Shown piece after piece: positions 27,098 to 39,186 of a stretch of DNA of 64,000 bases. A program made the translations under genes and the position numbers. Position 1 is the stretch's first letter, and every line of letters starts with the position of its first letter. The stretch spans positions 11,370 to 75,369 of the forward strand of contig JAUCBJ010006295.1 of the NCBI GenBank assembly GCA_032718475.1, given 5' to 3'. Below the pieces are notes generated by a model. It was not told the DNA's origin. It saw only the letters and a list, made by a program, of their open reading frames with translations, and did no database searches. This stretch comes from Nemertoderma westbladi. Its lineage: Eukaryota > Animalia > Xenacoelomorpha.

Positions 27098-28690
27098 CGC
27101 GGCCGAACCATTCCTGTCCAACCCACCACCGAACCACCCCTTCGCGGCCGAGCCATTATTCCTACCCAACCCTCCACCGAACCACCCCTTCGCGGCCGAG
27201 CCATTCCTACCCAACCCACCACCGAACCACCCCTTTGCGGCCGAGCCATTCCTACCCAACCCGCCACCGAACCACCCATTCGCGGCCGAACCATTCCTAC
27301 CCAACCCACCACCGAACCATTCCTATCCAACCCACCACCGAACCACCCCTTCACAGCCGAACCTTTCCTAACCAACCCACCACCGAACCACCCCTTCGCG
27401 GCCGAACCATTCCTACCCAACCCACCACCGAACCACCCCTACGAAGCCGAACCATTCCTACCTAACCCACCACCGAACCATTCCTACCCAACCCACCACC
27501 GAACCACCCCTTCACAGCCGAACCATTCCTACCCAACCCACCAGCGAACCACCCCTTCGCGGCCGAACCATTCCTACCCAACCCACCACCGAACCATTCC
27601 TACCCAACCCACCACCGAACCACCCCTTCACAGCCGAACCATTCCTACCCAACTCACCACCGAACCACCCATTCACGGCCGAACCATTCCTACCCAACTC
27701 GCCACCGAACCACACCTTCGCGGCCGAACCATCCCTACCCAACCCACCACCGAACCATTCCTACCCAACCCGCCACCGAACCACCCCTTCGCGGCCGAAC
27801 CATTCCTACCTAACCCACCACCGAACCACCCCTTCGCGGCCGAACCATTCCTACCCAACCCACCACCGAACCATTCCTACCCAACCCACCACCGAACCAC
27901 CCCTTCACAGCCGAACCATGCCTACCCAACCCACCAGCGAACCACCCCTTCGCGGCCGAACCATTCCTACCCAACTCACCACCGAACCACCCATTCACGG
28001 CCGAACCATTCCTACCCAACTCGCCACCGAACCACACCTTCGCGGCCGAACCATCCCTACCCAACCCACCACCGAACCATTCCTACCCAACTCACCACCG
28101 AACCACCCCTTCGCGGCCGAACCATTCCTACCCAACTCACCACCGAACCACCCCTTCACGGTCGAACCATTCCTACCCAACTCACCACCGAACCACCCCT
28201 TCGCGGCCGAACCATTCCTACCCAACTCACCACCGAACCACCCCTTCACGGTCGAACCATTCCTACCAAACGGACCACCGAACCACCCCTTCACGGCCGA
28301 ACCATTCCTACCCAACCCACCACTGAACCACCCCTTCACGGCCGAACCATTCTTAACCAACCCACCACCGAACCACCCCTTCGCGGCTGAACCATTCCTA
28401 CCCAAACCCACCACCGAACCACCCCTTCACGGCCGAACCATTCCTACCCAACCCACCACAGAACCACCCCTTCACGGCCGAACCATTCCTACCCAACCCA
28501 CCACCGAACCACCCCTTTACGGCCGAACCATTCCTACCCAACCCACCACCGAATCACCCCTTCGCGGCTGAACCATTCCTACCCAACCCACCACCGAACC
28601 ACCCCTACACGGCCGAACCATTCCTACACAACTCACCACCGAACCACCCCTTCGCGGCTGAACCATTCCAACCCACCCCTCCACCGAACC
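27098..28690. repeat. C-rich minisatellite, 45-bp unit with shorter sub-units
   Basis: Unit gccgaaccattcctacccaacccaccaccgaaccaccccttcgcg. Confidence 0.93.
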
Positions 28691-29441
28691 AAATGCCATA
28701 CGCGGGCGATGACTGGCTAATTCAAGAGAAAAACGTTGTCTCCATCGATATTGCACAAGTTAGGCCTACACAGCAGTTATTCTTCAACCTAAGGCCGCGT
28801 TCACACTACCAAGTCAAAGTCAAAAGACAAAATCTAAAATCTAAAACATATGACATGAAATTAATTTTTTCTAGAATACCCTTATGTATTATAATAGGCC
28901 TATCTCGGTATCCCGTTTTTCGCACTATTGCATTTTTTGGCGGGATCCCGGTTTTTGGGAACGGGATCCCGTTTAAACACTAGTCTATTCCCAACCAATT
29001 TTAAACTATTATTTATCAATCATTCCTTTACATGGCTCGGCGGCTTTAAGTTTAACTAGAATCCCACATAATTTCCGTTCCGAAATATCCATTAAAACGA
29101 ACATTTATGGTGAGAAAATTGTTACTTTTTCGGGGTGTTTGCAATTATAATTCCTATTTTCTCGTTTTATAGAACATTTGGTGTTCGGTAAATTTGTAGG
29201 TTGAAATAATTGCATTAAATACATCATAATCCAACCGGCCCAACATGCACTGAACCTCGGCCTGCTAATAAACCCTAATAATGCTAGTATTCTAAGTTTC
29301 GTTCACTTACATGGCTCGCTCCACCATCCACGCCTTTAATATAAGACAAACCTTATGTATCAAATAGTAATCGTTAATGTTACTGGAATTTAATTAGCGT
29401 ATTTGTGCCAGTCAATCGACGGTGAATGTTTGTTCCTTGTG

Positions 29442-29455
29442 GTTACCATGCCAAC
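29442..29455. promoter_or_regulatory. Candidate RFX X-box about 180 bp upstream of the SPATA48-like ATG
   Basis: GTTACCATGCCAAC, one mismatch from GTTNCCATGGNAAC. Confidence 0.5.
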
Positions 29456-29632
29456 ATTCAACACATTGTCTCTAATAATGACAAACTATTATTTCTGCCA
29501 TCTCAGCCAAAAAGTCATATTAATTGCGCATTTTGGGCATTAAAGTTTGGAAATGTAATTTTCTTATTGTATGAATTGATATATTTATTAGTTGTGTATG
29601 ATATTTATTTACATTCCGAGTACAGAACCACC

Positions 29633-29733
29633 ATGGTGCAGTTTGATAATATAGTTTATCAGCCCCGCCAATACAGAGGGTTACAAAATGAGATGCAATG
29701 TCTGCAGAGAAGGCGCCAATTGAGACAATTAAG
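29633..29733 (+). CDS. SPATA48: SPATA48/SPMIP7-like coding exon 1
   Basis: Strong Kozak accaccATGG; MVQFDNIVYQPRQYRGLQNEMQCLQRRRQLRQL; AG|gtgaat; phase 2 fits exon 2. Confidence 0.7.
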
Positions 29734-29954
29734 GTGAATTATAATAAACTATGTCTTTTAATGATTTAGTTAATTGTATTTATTGAATTAAAAAATTGTT
29801 TAATTTACAAATGTACAAATTAAATATTTCATACAAATAGTTTACATTGTCCGTATAATGATATATTTTTTACCGGTAAATTTCTTACATAATATTAAGT
29901 AATTTAAACAGGACTAAAAAGGATGATCAAATTCTGGAGCAAATTGAGCGTTTG

Positions 29955-30025
29955 CCTCCATATTGTAGTGGTCAGCACAACTGAACACTTATCTGGATAC
30001 CCGGGTTCAATCCCAGCTGGTCGCG
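29955..30025 (+). mobile_element. Degenerate tRNA-derived SINE head
   Basis: A-box-like TTGTAGTGG and B-box-like GGTTCAATCC at tRNA spacing; no good cloverleaf. Confidence 0.4.
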
Positions 30026-30127
30026 CATTTATTCGTCTCTCAATTTGCAGTAGAGTTTGATCATCGTACATCCTGTTTATGTTACTAAATAATTTATACA
30101 ATCTGGATGTTTTTCATTATTTTCTAG

Positions 30128-30234
30128 ATTTCCGGTTTTGAGGGGCGACTATGATCAGCCGAAGCGGTTCACAGACCGACAGAGAGGGGCGTTTATACGG
30201 CTACCGTCCAGCGCACCGCATAGAGACGATCCAG
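30128..30234 (+). CDS. SPATA48: SPATA48-like exon 2 (last 15 nt seed the 29-bp array)
   Basis: tttctag|...FPVLRGDYDQPKRF...PHRDDP G|gtaggt; joins exon 3 as RDDPGVIDPVSGYV, resembling recalled SPATA48 RDDVPLVDPCSGFV. Confidence 0.85.
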
Positions 30235-33200
30235 GTAGGTAGCAACCAATATAGACAACCCAGGTATGTAGCAACGAGACGAACCAGGTAGGTAACAACC
30301 AATAGAGACAACCCAGGTGGGTAGCAACCAATAGAGACGATCCAGGTAGGTAGCAACCAATAGAGACAACCCAGGTAGGTAGCAACCTATAGAGACAACC
30401 CAGGTAGGTAGGTACCAATAATAGAGACGATCCTGGTAGGTAGCAACCAATAGAGACGACCCAGGTAGGTAGCAACCAATAGAGACAACCCAGGTAGGTA
30501 GCAACCAATAGAGACGACCCAGGTAGGTAGCAACCAATAGAGACGACCCTGGTAGGTAGCAACCAATAGAGACGACCCTGGTAGGTAGCAACCAATAGAG
30601 ACGACCCTGGTAGGTAGCAACCAATAGAGACGACCCTGGTAGGTAGCAACCAATAGAGACGACCCTGGTAGGTAGCAACCAATAGAGACGACCCTGGTAG
30701 GTAGCAACCAATAGAGACGACCCTGGTAGGTAGCAACCAATAGAGACGACCCTGGTAGGTAGCAACCAATAGAGACGACCCTGGTAGGTAGCAACCAATA
30801 GAGACGACCCTGGTAGGTAGCAACCAATAGAGACGACCCTGGTAGGTAGCAACCAATAGAGACGACCCTGGTAGGTAGCAACCAATAGAGACGACCCTGG
30901 TAGGTAGCAACCAATAGAGACGACCCTGGTAGGTAGCAACCAATAGAGACGACCCTGGTAGGTAGCAACCAATAGAGACGACCCTGGTAGGTAGCAACCA
31001 ATAGAGACGACCCTGGTAGGTAGCAACCAATAGAGACGACCCTGGTAGGTAGCAACCAATAGAGACGACCCTGGTAGGTAGCAACCAATAGAGACGACCC
31101 TGGTAGGTAGCAACCAATAGAGACGACCCTGGTAGGTAGCAACCAATAGAGACGACCCTGGTAGGTAGCAACCAATAGAGACGACCCTGGTAGGTAGCAA
31201 CCAATAGAGACGACCCTGGTAGGTAGCAACCAATAGAGACGACCCAGGTAGGTAGCAACCAATAGAGACGACCCAGGTAGGTAGCAACCAATAGAGACGA
31301 CCCAGGTAGGTAGCAACCAATAGAGACGACCCTGGTAGGTAGCAACCAATAGAGACGACCCTGGTAGGTAGCAACCAATAGAGACGACCCTGGTAGGTAG
31401 CAACCAATAGAGACGACCCTGGTAGGTAGCAACCAATAGAGACGACCCAGGTAGGTAGCAACCAATAGAGACGACCCAGGTAGGTAGCAACCAATAGAGA
31501 CGACCCAGGTAGGTAGCAACCAATAGAGACGACCCTGGTAGGTAGCAACCAATAGAGACGACCCTGGTAGGTAGCAACCAATAGAGACGACCCTGGTAGG
31601 TAGCAACCAATAGAGACGACCCAGGTAGGTAGCAACCAATAGAGACGACCCTGGTAGGTAGCAACCAATAGAGACGACCCTGGTAGGTAGCAACCAATAG
31701 AGACGACCCTGGTAGGTAGCAACCAATAGAGACGACCCTGGTAGGTAGCAACCAATAGAGACGACCCAGGTAGGTAGCAACCAATAGAGACGACCCAGGT
31801 AGGTAGCAACCAATAGAGACGACCCAGGTAGGTAGCAACCAATAGAGACGACCCTGGTAGGTAGCAACCAATAGAGACGACCCTGGTAGGTAGCAACCAA
31901 TAGAGACGACCCTGGTAGGTAGCAACCAATAGAGACGACCCTGGTAGGTAGCAACCAATAGAGACGACCCTGGTAGGTAGCAACCAATAGAGACGACCCT
32001 GGTAGGTAGCAACCAATAGAGACGACCCTGGTAGGTAGCAACCAATAGAGACGACCCTGGTAGGTAGCAACCAATAGAGACGACCCTGGTAGGTAGCAAC
32101 CAATAGAGACGACCCAGGTAGGTAGCAACCAATAGAGACGACCCAGGTAGGTAGCAACCAATAGAGACGACCCTGGTAGGTAGCAACCAATAGAGACGAC
32201 CCAGGTAGGTAGCAACCAATAGAGACGACCCTGGTAGGTAGCAACCAATAGAGACGACCCAGGTAGGTAGCAACCAATAGAGACGACCCAGGTAGGTAGC
32301 AACCAATAGAGACGACCCAGGTAGGTAGCAACCAATAGAGACGACCCAGGTAGGTAGCAACCAATAGAGACGACCCTGGTAGGTAGCAACCAATAGAGAC
32401 GACCCTGGTAGGTAGCAACCAATAGAGACGACCCTGGTAGGTAGCAACCAATAGAGACGACCCTGGTAGGTAGCAACCAATAGAGACGACCCTGGTAGGT
32501 AGCAACCAATAGAGACGACCCAGGTAGGTAGCAACCAATAGAGACGACCCAGGTAGGTAGCAACCAATAGAGACGACCCTGGTAGGTAGCAACCAATAGA
32601 GACGACCCTGGTAGGTAGCAACCAATAGAGACGACCCAGGTAGGTAGCAACCAATAGAGACGACCCTGGTAGGTAGCAACCAATAGAGACGACCCTGGTA
32701 GGTAGCAACCAATAGAGACGACCCAGGTAGGTAGCAACCAATAGAGACGACCCAGGTAGGTAGCAACCAATAGAGACGACCCAGGTAGGTAGCAACCAAT
32801 AGAGACGACCCAGGTAGGTAGCAACCAATAGAGACGACCCTGGTAGGTAGCAACCAATAGAGACGACCCTGGTAGGTAGCAACCAATAGAGACGACCCAG
32901 GTAGGTAGCAACCAATAGAGACGACCCAGGTAGGTAGCAACCAATAGAGACGACCCTGGTAGGTAGCAACCAATAGAGACGACCCTGGTAGGTAGCAACC
33001 AATAGAGACGACCCAGGTAGGTAGCAACCAATAGAGACGACCCAGGTAGGTAGCAACCAATAGAGACGACCCAGGTAGGTAGCAACCAATAGAGACGACC
33101 CTGGTAGGTAGCAACCAATAGAGACGACCCAGGTAGGTAGCAACCAATAGAGACGACCCTGGTAGGTAGCAACCAATAGAGACGACCCAGGTAGGTAGCA

Positions 33201-35272
33201 ACCAATAGAGACGACCCAGGTAGGTAGCAACCAATAGAGACGACCCAGGTAGGTAGCAACCAATAGAGACGACCCAGGTAGGTAGCAACCAATAGAGACG
33301 ACCCTGGTAGGTAGCAACCAATAGAGACGACCCTGGTAGGTAGCAACCAATAGAGACGACCCTGGTAGGTAGCAACCAATAGAGACGACCCTGGTAGGTA
33401 GCAACCAATAGAGACGACCCAGGTAGGTAGCAACCAATAGAGACGACCCTGGTAGGTAGCAACCAATAGAGACGACCCAGGTAGGTAGCAACCAATAGAG
33501 ACGACCCAGGTAGGTAGCAACCAATAGAGACGACCCAGGTAGGTAGCAACCAATAGAGACGACCCAGGTAGGTAGCAACCAATAGAGACGACCCTGGTAG
33601 GTAGCAACCAATAGAGACGACCCAGGTAGGTAGCAACCAATAGAGACGACCCTGGTAGGTAGCAACCAATAGAGACGACCCTGGTAGGTAGCAACCAATA
33701 GAGACGACCCTGGTAGGTAGCAACCAATAGAGACGACCCTGGTAGGTAGCAACCAATAGAGACGACCCAGGTAGGTAGCAACCAATAGAGACGACCCTGG
33801 TAGGTAGCAACCAATAGAGACGACCCTGGTAGGTAGCAACCAATAGAGACGACCCTGGTAGGTAGCAACCAATAGAGACGACCCTGGTAGGTAGCAACCA
33901 ATAGAGACGACCCTGGTAGGTAGCAACCAATAGAGACGACCCTGGTAGGTAGCAACCAATAGAGACGACCCTGGTAGGTAGCAACCAATAGAGACGACCC
34001 TGGTAGGTAGCAACCAATAGAGACAACCCAGGTGGGTAGCAACCTATAGAGACAACCCAGGTAGGTAGGTACCAATAATAGAGACGATCCTGGTAGGTAG
34101 CAACCAATAGAGACGACCCAGGTAGGTAGCAACCAATAGAGACAACCCAGGTAGGTAGCAACCAATAGAGACGACCCAGGTAGGTAGCAACCAATAGAGA
34201 CGACCCTGGTAGGTAGCAACCAATAGAGACGACCCTGGTAGGTAGCAACCAATAGAGACGACCCTGGTAGGTAGCAACCAATAGAGACGACCCTGGTAGG
34301 TAGCAACCAATAGAGACGACCCTGGTAGGTAGCAACCAATAGAGACGACCCTGGTAGGTAGCAACCAATAGAGACGACCCTGGTAGGTAGCAACCAATAG
34401 AGACGACCCAGGTAGGTAGCAACCAATAGAGACGACCCAGGTAGGTAGCAACCAATAGAAACGACCCAGGTAGGTAGCAACCAATAGAGACGACCCAGGT
34501 AGGTAGCAACCAATAGAGACGACCCAGGTAGGTAGCAACCAATAGAGATGATCCAGGTAGGTAGCAACCAATAGAGACGACCCTGGTAGGTAGCAACCAA
34601 TAGAGACGACCCAGGTAGGTAGCAACCAATAGGGACGACCCAGGTAGGTAGCAACCAATAGAGACGACCCAGGTAGGTAGCAAGGAGACGAACCAGGTAG
34701 GTAGCAACGAGACGAACCAGGTAGGTAGCAACCAATAGAGACGACCCAGATAGGTAGCAACCAATAGAGACGACCCAGGTAGGTAGCAACCAATAGAAAC
34801 GACCCAGGTAGGTAGCAACCAATAATAGAGACGATCCTGGTAGGTAGCAACCAATAGAGACGACCCAGGTAGGTAGCAACCAATAGAGACGACCCAGGTA
34901 GGTAGCAACCAATAGAGACGACCCTGGTAGGTAGCAACCAATAGAGACGACCCAGGTAGGTAGCAACCAATAGGGACGACCCAGGTAGGTAGCAACCAAT
35001 AGAGACGACCCAGGTAGGTAGCAAGGAGACGAACCAGGTAGGTAGCAACGAGACGAACCAGGTAGGTAGCAACCAATAGAGACGACCCAGATAGGTAGCA
35101 ACCAATAGAGACGACCCAGGTAGGTAGCAACCAATAGAGACGACCCAGGTAGGTAGCAACCAATAGAGACGACCCAGGTAGGTAGCAACCAATAGAAACG
35201 ACCCAGGTAGGTAGCAACCAATAGAGACGACCCAGGTAGGTAGCAACCAATAGAGACGACCCAGGTAGGTAG
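30220..35272. repeat. 29-bp minisatellite, about 174 copies; unit = 15 nt of exon end + 14 nt of donor/intron
   Basis: Unit ATAGAGACGACCC(A/T)G|GTAGGTAGCAACCA. Confidence 0.97.
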
Positions 35273-35347
35273 AACCACTGTACAACACAGTAATTTAATA
35301 AGAGACTCAGAGCGCTGCAATGACACAATGTCTGTTTATAATTTTAG

Positions 35348-35486
35348 GAGTAATAGACCCTGTATCGGGTTATGTGGCCCCTGCAGGTGAAGTTGAGATG
35401 GAGACTGGAAGAGGTCCGATGGAGTCTTTCAAGTGTTACGATAACACACCCCAGTCAACCACACCACAAACAATGCAAGATTACAG
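35348..35486 (+). CDS. SPATA48: SPATA48-like exon 3
   Basis: ttttag|GA...VIDPVSGYVAPAGEVEMETGRG...QDY AG|gtggga; phases 1/2. Confidence 0.85.
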
Positions 35487-36996
35487 GTGGGAAGGACTCA
35501 TTGCTCTTTGTGAATATGGTAGAACAGAACACCCCATCTGATATTTTCGATTTTCATAGATTTTGGTTGAATGAACATTAAGTAGAGTTCTACAGTATGT
35601 GGTCATTCTTTCCAGCCGTTACAGCAGTTTCGCACAATAAATTAACCCAATTTTTCTTTCATTCCTGTATAGAAATCTCTGATATGATAGAATACCATTT
35701 CTTAATATCGTCTGTAAAAACGCAAAAGGGCATTTATGGATGCGATGGATAATTTGATGGCAAAAGGCAAAAGGGCATTTGATGGTGCCATCAATTTAGT
35801 ACCGGTATAACATAACCCTGTTTTAATCCGCTTAAATCACTTTCGTTCCTCTAGCATCCCGTAGTTTGATATTTCTGAAGGTAATATACAGGTTTTCAAG
35901 GTCGCTGATCACGATGAAACTAATTATCAATATTTATGGTAATACAATCTCAATTTTGGTGCCATTCTGGTGCCCCAAAACGTAAAGTACAATTAGCAAA
36001 AAATTGCAAACTTTTAAATTTCACCTTTGGTTTGCTAATTCTGAAGAGATACTGGTTTTCAAGCGCGCTGATCGCGATACAACTCGTTAAAAATCATTCG
36101 TGTAACGCAACTATCGTTTTTGGTGCTTGTCTGGTGGGACGTAAAAACGTAAAATACAAGTAGCATAAAATTTCAAACGGCAAAAATCGAATTTGGTTGA
36201 TTAATAATATTTTCTAGTGTCATATTCGTGATCAGCGTCCGAGAAAACCCCTAATGTCTTAAAACTAGGTTGATTTGGTAATGGTTTTTATTTTCAAATT
36301 AGTGCTACTTGTATTTTTCGAGCTGCGCATTGACACATATCCAAAAATTCCCTAACCAACAAGGTACGATATATTTCAGTGTCATATTCGTGATCAGTAT
36401 CCCATGAAACCAATTTTATTTACAATAAAATCAATTTGATTTTGTGGTGATTTTTCATTTTCATACACCAAAATATAGTGTCATATTTCAGTGACCCACC
36501 ACCCCCCCCCCCCCCCCCCCCTTATTTTTTACTACAAATCTTAATGAGATTGCATGAAATTTGAAACATAGATAGTTTCACCTCCCGACCATGCAACATT
36601 TGAACGCCCATATCTCAGCTATTTTTCAACGAAATTCAAATTGTGTCATTCGTATAAAATGTAACGTAAAATCATTCGTGTAACGCAACTATCGTTTTTG
36701 GTGCTTGTCTGGTGGGACGAATAATACAAGTAGCATAAAATTTCAAACGGCAAAAATCGAATTTGGTTGGTTTCATCGTATTCTTTTTATCGTAATGTTT
36801 CCCTGTCCACTACAAATTTTTCACATGTTAATATTTTAGCAGTCCTCAATAAAATTGCTGCTAAAAAAAATGAACTCAAGACAACTTACCTAGTATTATT
36901 TTTTCGCGTTTATCTGTCTGCTTGGCTGCCTCACTATCTGTGTTTTTTATGTTTCCTTTAACACACCGACACTTCCTTCAATTTGGCTTTTGGCGA

Positions 36997-38272
36997 TTGT
37001 TGTACCTCTTTATAAAAAAAAAAGGCGATGTTTGCAATCCCTATAATTACCGACCTATCTCACTCACATGTATAGCATGTAAAATCATGGAAATGTGTGT
37101 GAAAAAGGACCTTATAACATATTTACGTGCTCATAATTTGATTTCCAAGGCCCAGCACGGCTTTCTAGAACGTAAATCTACGTGCAGTCAATTACTAGAG
37201 TGTATTAATGATTGGTACAATATATTAGAGTGCAGCAGTAGTTCCAGTACTCCTCTATGGGAGTCCATGCTGGGCTCTTACTGCTGAGGACACCAAATCT
37301 CTGGATGGCACATTCACAAGAATGCTACGCCGGGTTCATTGTGTCAAGTACAATGCACACATCTACAACCAGACAATATATAACATTGGAGGTATCTCAT
37401 TGGTTCCCCCAAGCTTGGCACTAGAACAAAGTCGCCTCCGCTTTGCAGGACATTGCTTTCGCCGTGAGGACCAGCCAGTGCATAATCTTGTACTTTGGCA
37501 GCCTCATGGAGTGAATAAGCATGGTGGACAGCCGATGACTTAATTGAGACGCATCTTAAAGGACACTGGCCTTGAAGATGCGGATGATCTAGCAAATGTC
37601 ATGGGTGATAAGGAGTTTTGGCGGCGCAATTTTGTCGACAAGCCGGCACAGCATTCTTAAAAATGCAGCTGCAATGCAGCATGCCGATCTAGTAGTACAA
37701 TATATTAGATAACCGGGGCAATCTCAACTCTCTAAATCACACTCTAAAATATTATGTAAGCTTTCTGCTTATGGGATATCGGGAGACTTATTAGCTTGGC
37801 TGGGTGCCTTTTTCTCAGATCGAACCCAAAGCGTCCTCGTTGGAAATGAATTCTCTCCTAAGACGAGAGTTATATCTGGCACGGTACAGGGCAGTGTTCT
37901 GAGCCCAACAATATTCTTACTTTTTACAAATGATCTTCCCGATATCCTCGATGCAGTCTCTGTTAAACTTTTCGCAGATGATGTAAAATTGTACTCCAAT
38001 TCTACCGATCTCAATAAACTAACTCACCCTCGCAACACTAAATAATTGGGCCCGCGAGTGGCAGCTTACTATTGCTGCACACAAATGTGCTGTTATCCAC
38101 ATAGGTAATAATATAATATTATGCACTGTTCTTACAAATTAAACGATTCTGTTATCATTAGTGGCAATTCGTGTAGTGAATTAGGACTAATCGTCCAGAA
38201 TGACCTCAAATTTAATCAATTATGCAAAAAACAAACCGCCAAGGCGTATAGAATAATAAATATATGCTTGAT
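36997..38272 (+). mobile_element. Decayed CR1/L2-type LINE reverse transcriptase, interrupted by an RTE insertion
   Basis: KKGD..NPYNYRPISLTCIACKIME, QHGF, SGTVQGSVLSPTIFLLFTNDLP, KLFADDVKLY motifs. Confidence 0.9.
37230..37694 (+). mobile_element. 5'-truncated RTE-clade LINE with a 15-bp target-site duplication
   Basis: VLLYGSPCWALT..LDGTFTRMLRR..RLRFAGHCFR..LVLWQP; flanked by gtacaatatattaga at 37215-37229 and 37695-37709; short TAG-repeat tail. Confidence 0.9.
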
Positions 38273-38340
38273 ACTGATTGAAGTCTTTCATTGCGGTTCG
38301 TTTTACTACTTTTCTAAGTTGGCTAGCGGTTCCGTTACAG

Positions 38341-38489
38341 GCCTACATCCGCCGGGACGGAGACTACACCAGGGGTTGTTCCGGAAAGGATACAACGATC
38401 CAAGACGGACCTCGTTACCAGTCGCGTACTCAGCTGGAAGGACAGATCCCCGACCCAGTCGGTTCTACGCGGAAAAATAATATGTTCAG
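38341..38489 (+). CDS. SPATA48: SPATA48-like exon 4
   Basis: ttacag|G...PTSAGTETTPGVVPERIQRSKT...IICS G|gtgagt; open frame and phases 2/1 fit both neighbours; low sequence conservation. Confidence 0.7.
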
Positions 38490-39047
38490 GTGAGTCGAGT
38501 TCGTCTGTCATAAAATAGTTCTAACTAAACAACCGTATAATTCCTTTAAGTCCTATAATCTAACACTTTATCTATCTAACCAGTCTATCTAACTATATGA
38601 TTTTATTTTAACACGCCTCGACTAGAAATCTCACATAGCTACTTGGGGTGGGAGTATGTATAATTTGAATAGATTAGAAAATTTAAATATTATTTTTTTA
38701 TATGTAAAAAAAAAAAAAACCTTTAACCTATTCTATAGTAGTCACGGGCTCATTATTCGAAAATAAAAGTAAATTTAATAACATCATAAATAGCTTTAAT
38801 CGCTATTAAGTTTACTTTAATTATGTTGTGCTCTACTAGTAGCTCTAATAGTTCATATAAATTGTTGGTTTTAATATTTAGTTTACTACCAGACGGCTAC
38901 TATCGGGGGACTACAACAGTAGTCAGGGCGTGGTGGGCTACACTGTCATAGAAACCGTTCAGATAGTTGATGTTTTGCACAGCATATGGAGGTGGTTTAA
39001 GCCTCATTATCGAATGTTCTACTGTACCATTCTTTTTATTTGTCTAG

Positions 39048-39186
39048 GTTCAGTCGACAAGCGACCAACGTCAGGTAATTCAGAAGGCGAAGTGGCCAAG
39101 GATATAGTGAAGACTCCAGAAGAAGGCTCGATCGCCTGGCGGGATAAAACAGCGTTAAAATATATGTATACCAGTGAGACACAAGC
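39048..39186 (+). CDS. SPATA48: SPATA48-like exon 5 (last 31 nt seed the 46-bp array)
   Basis: tgtctag|GT...WRDKTALKYMYTSETQ GC|gtgagt; the YTSxTQ motif continues into exon 6. Confidence 0.85.

Noticed and set aside
30155-35328. Long minus-strand ORFs (up to about 1720 aa) in all three frames
   Set aside because: The 29-bp unit simply lacks stops on that strand; antisense to a spliced gene
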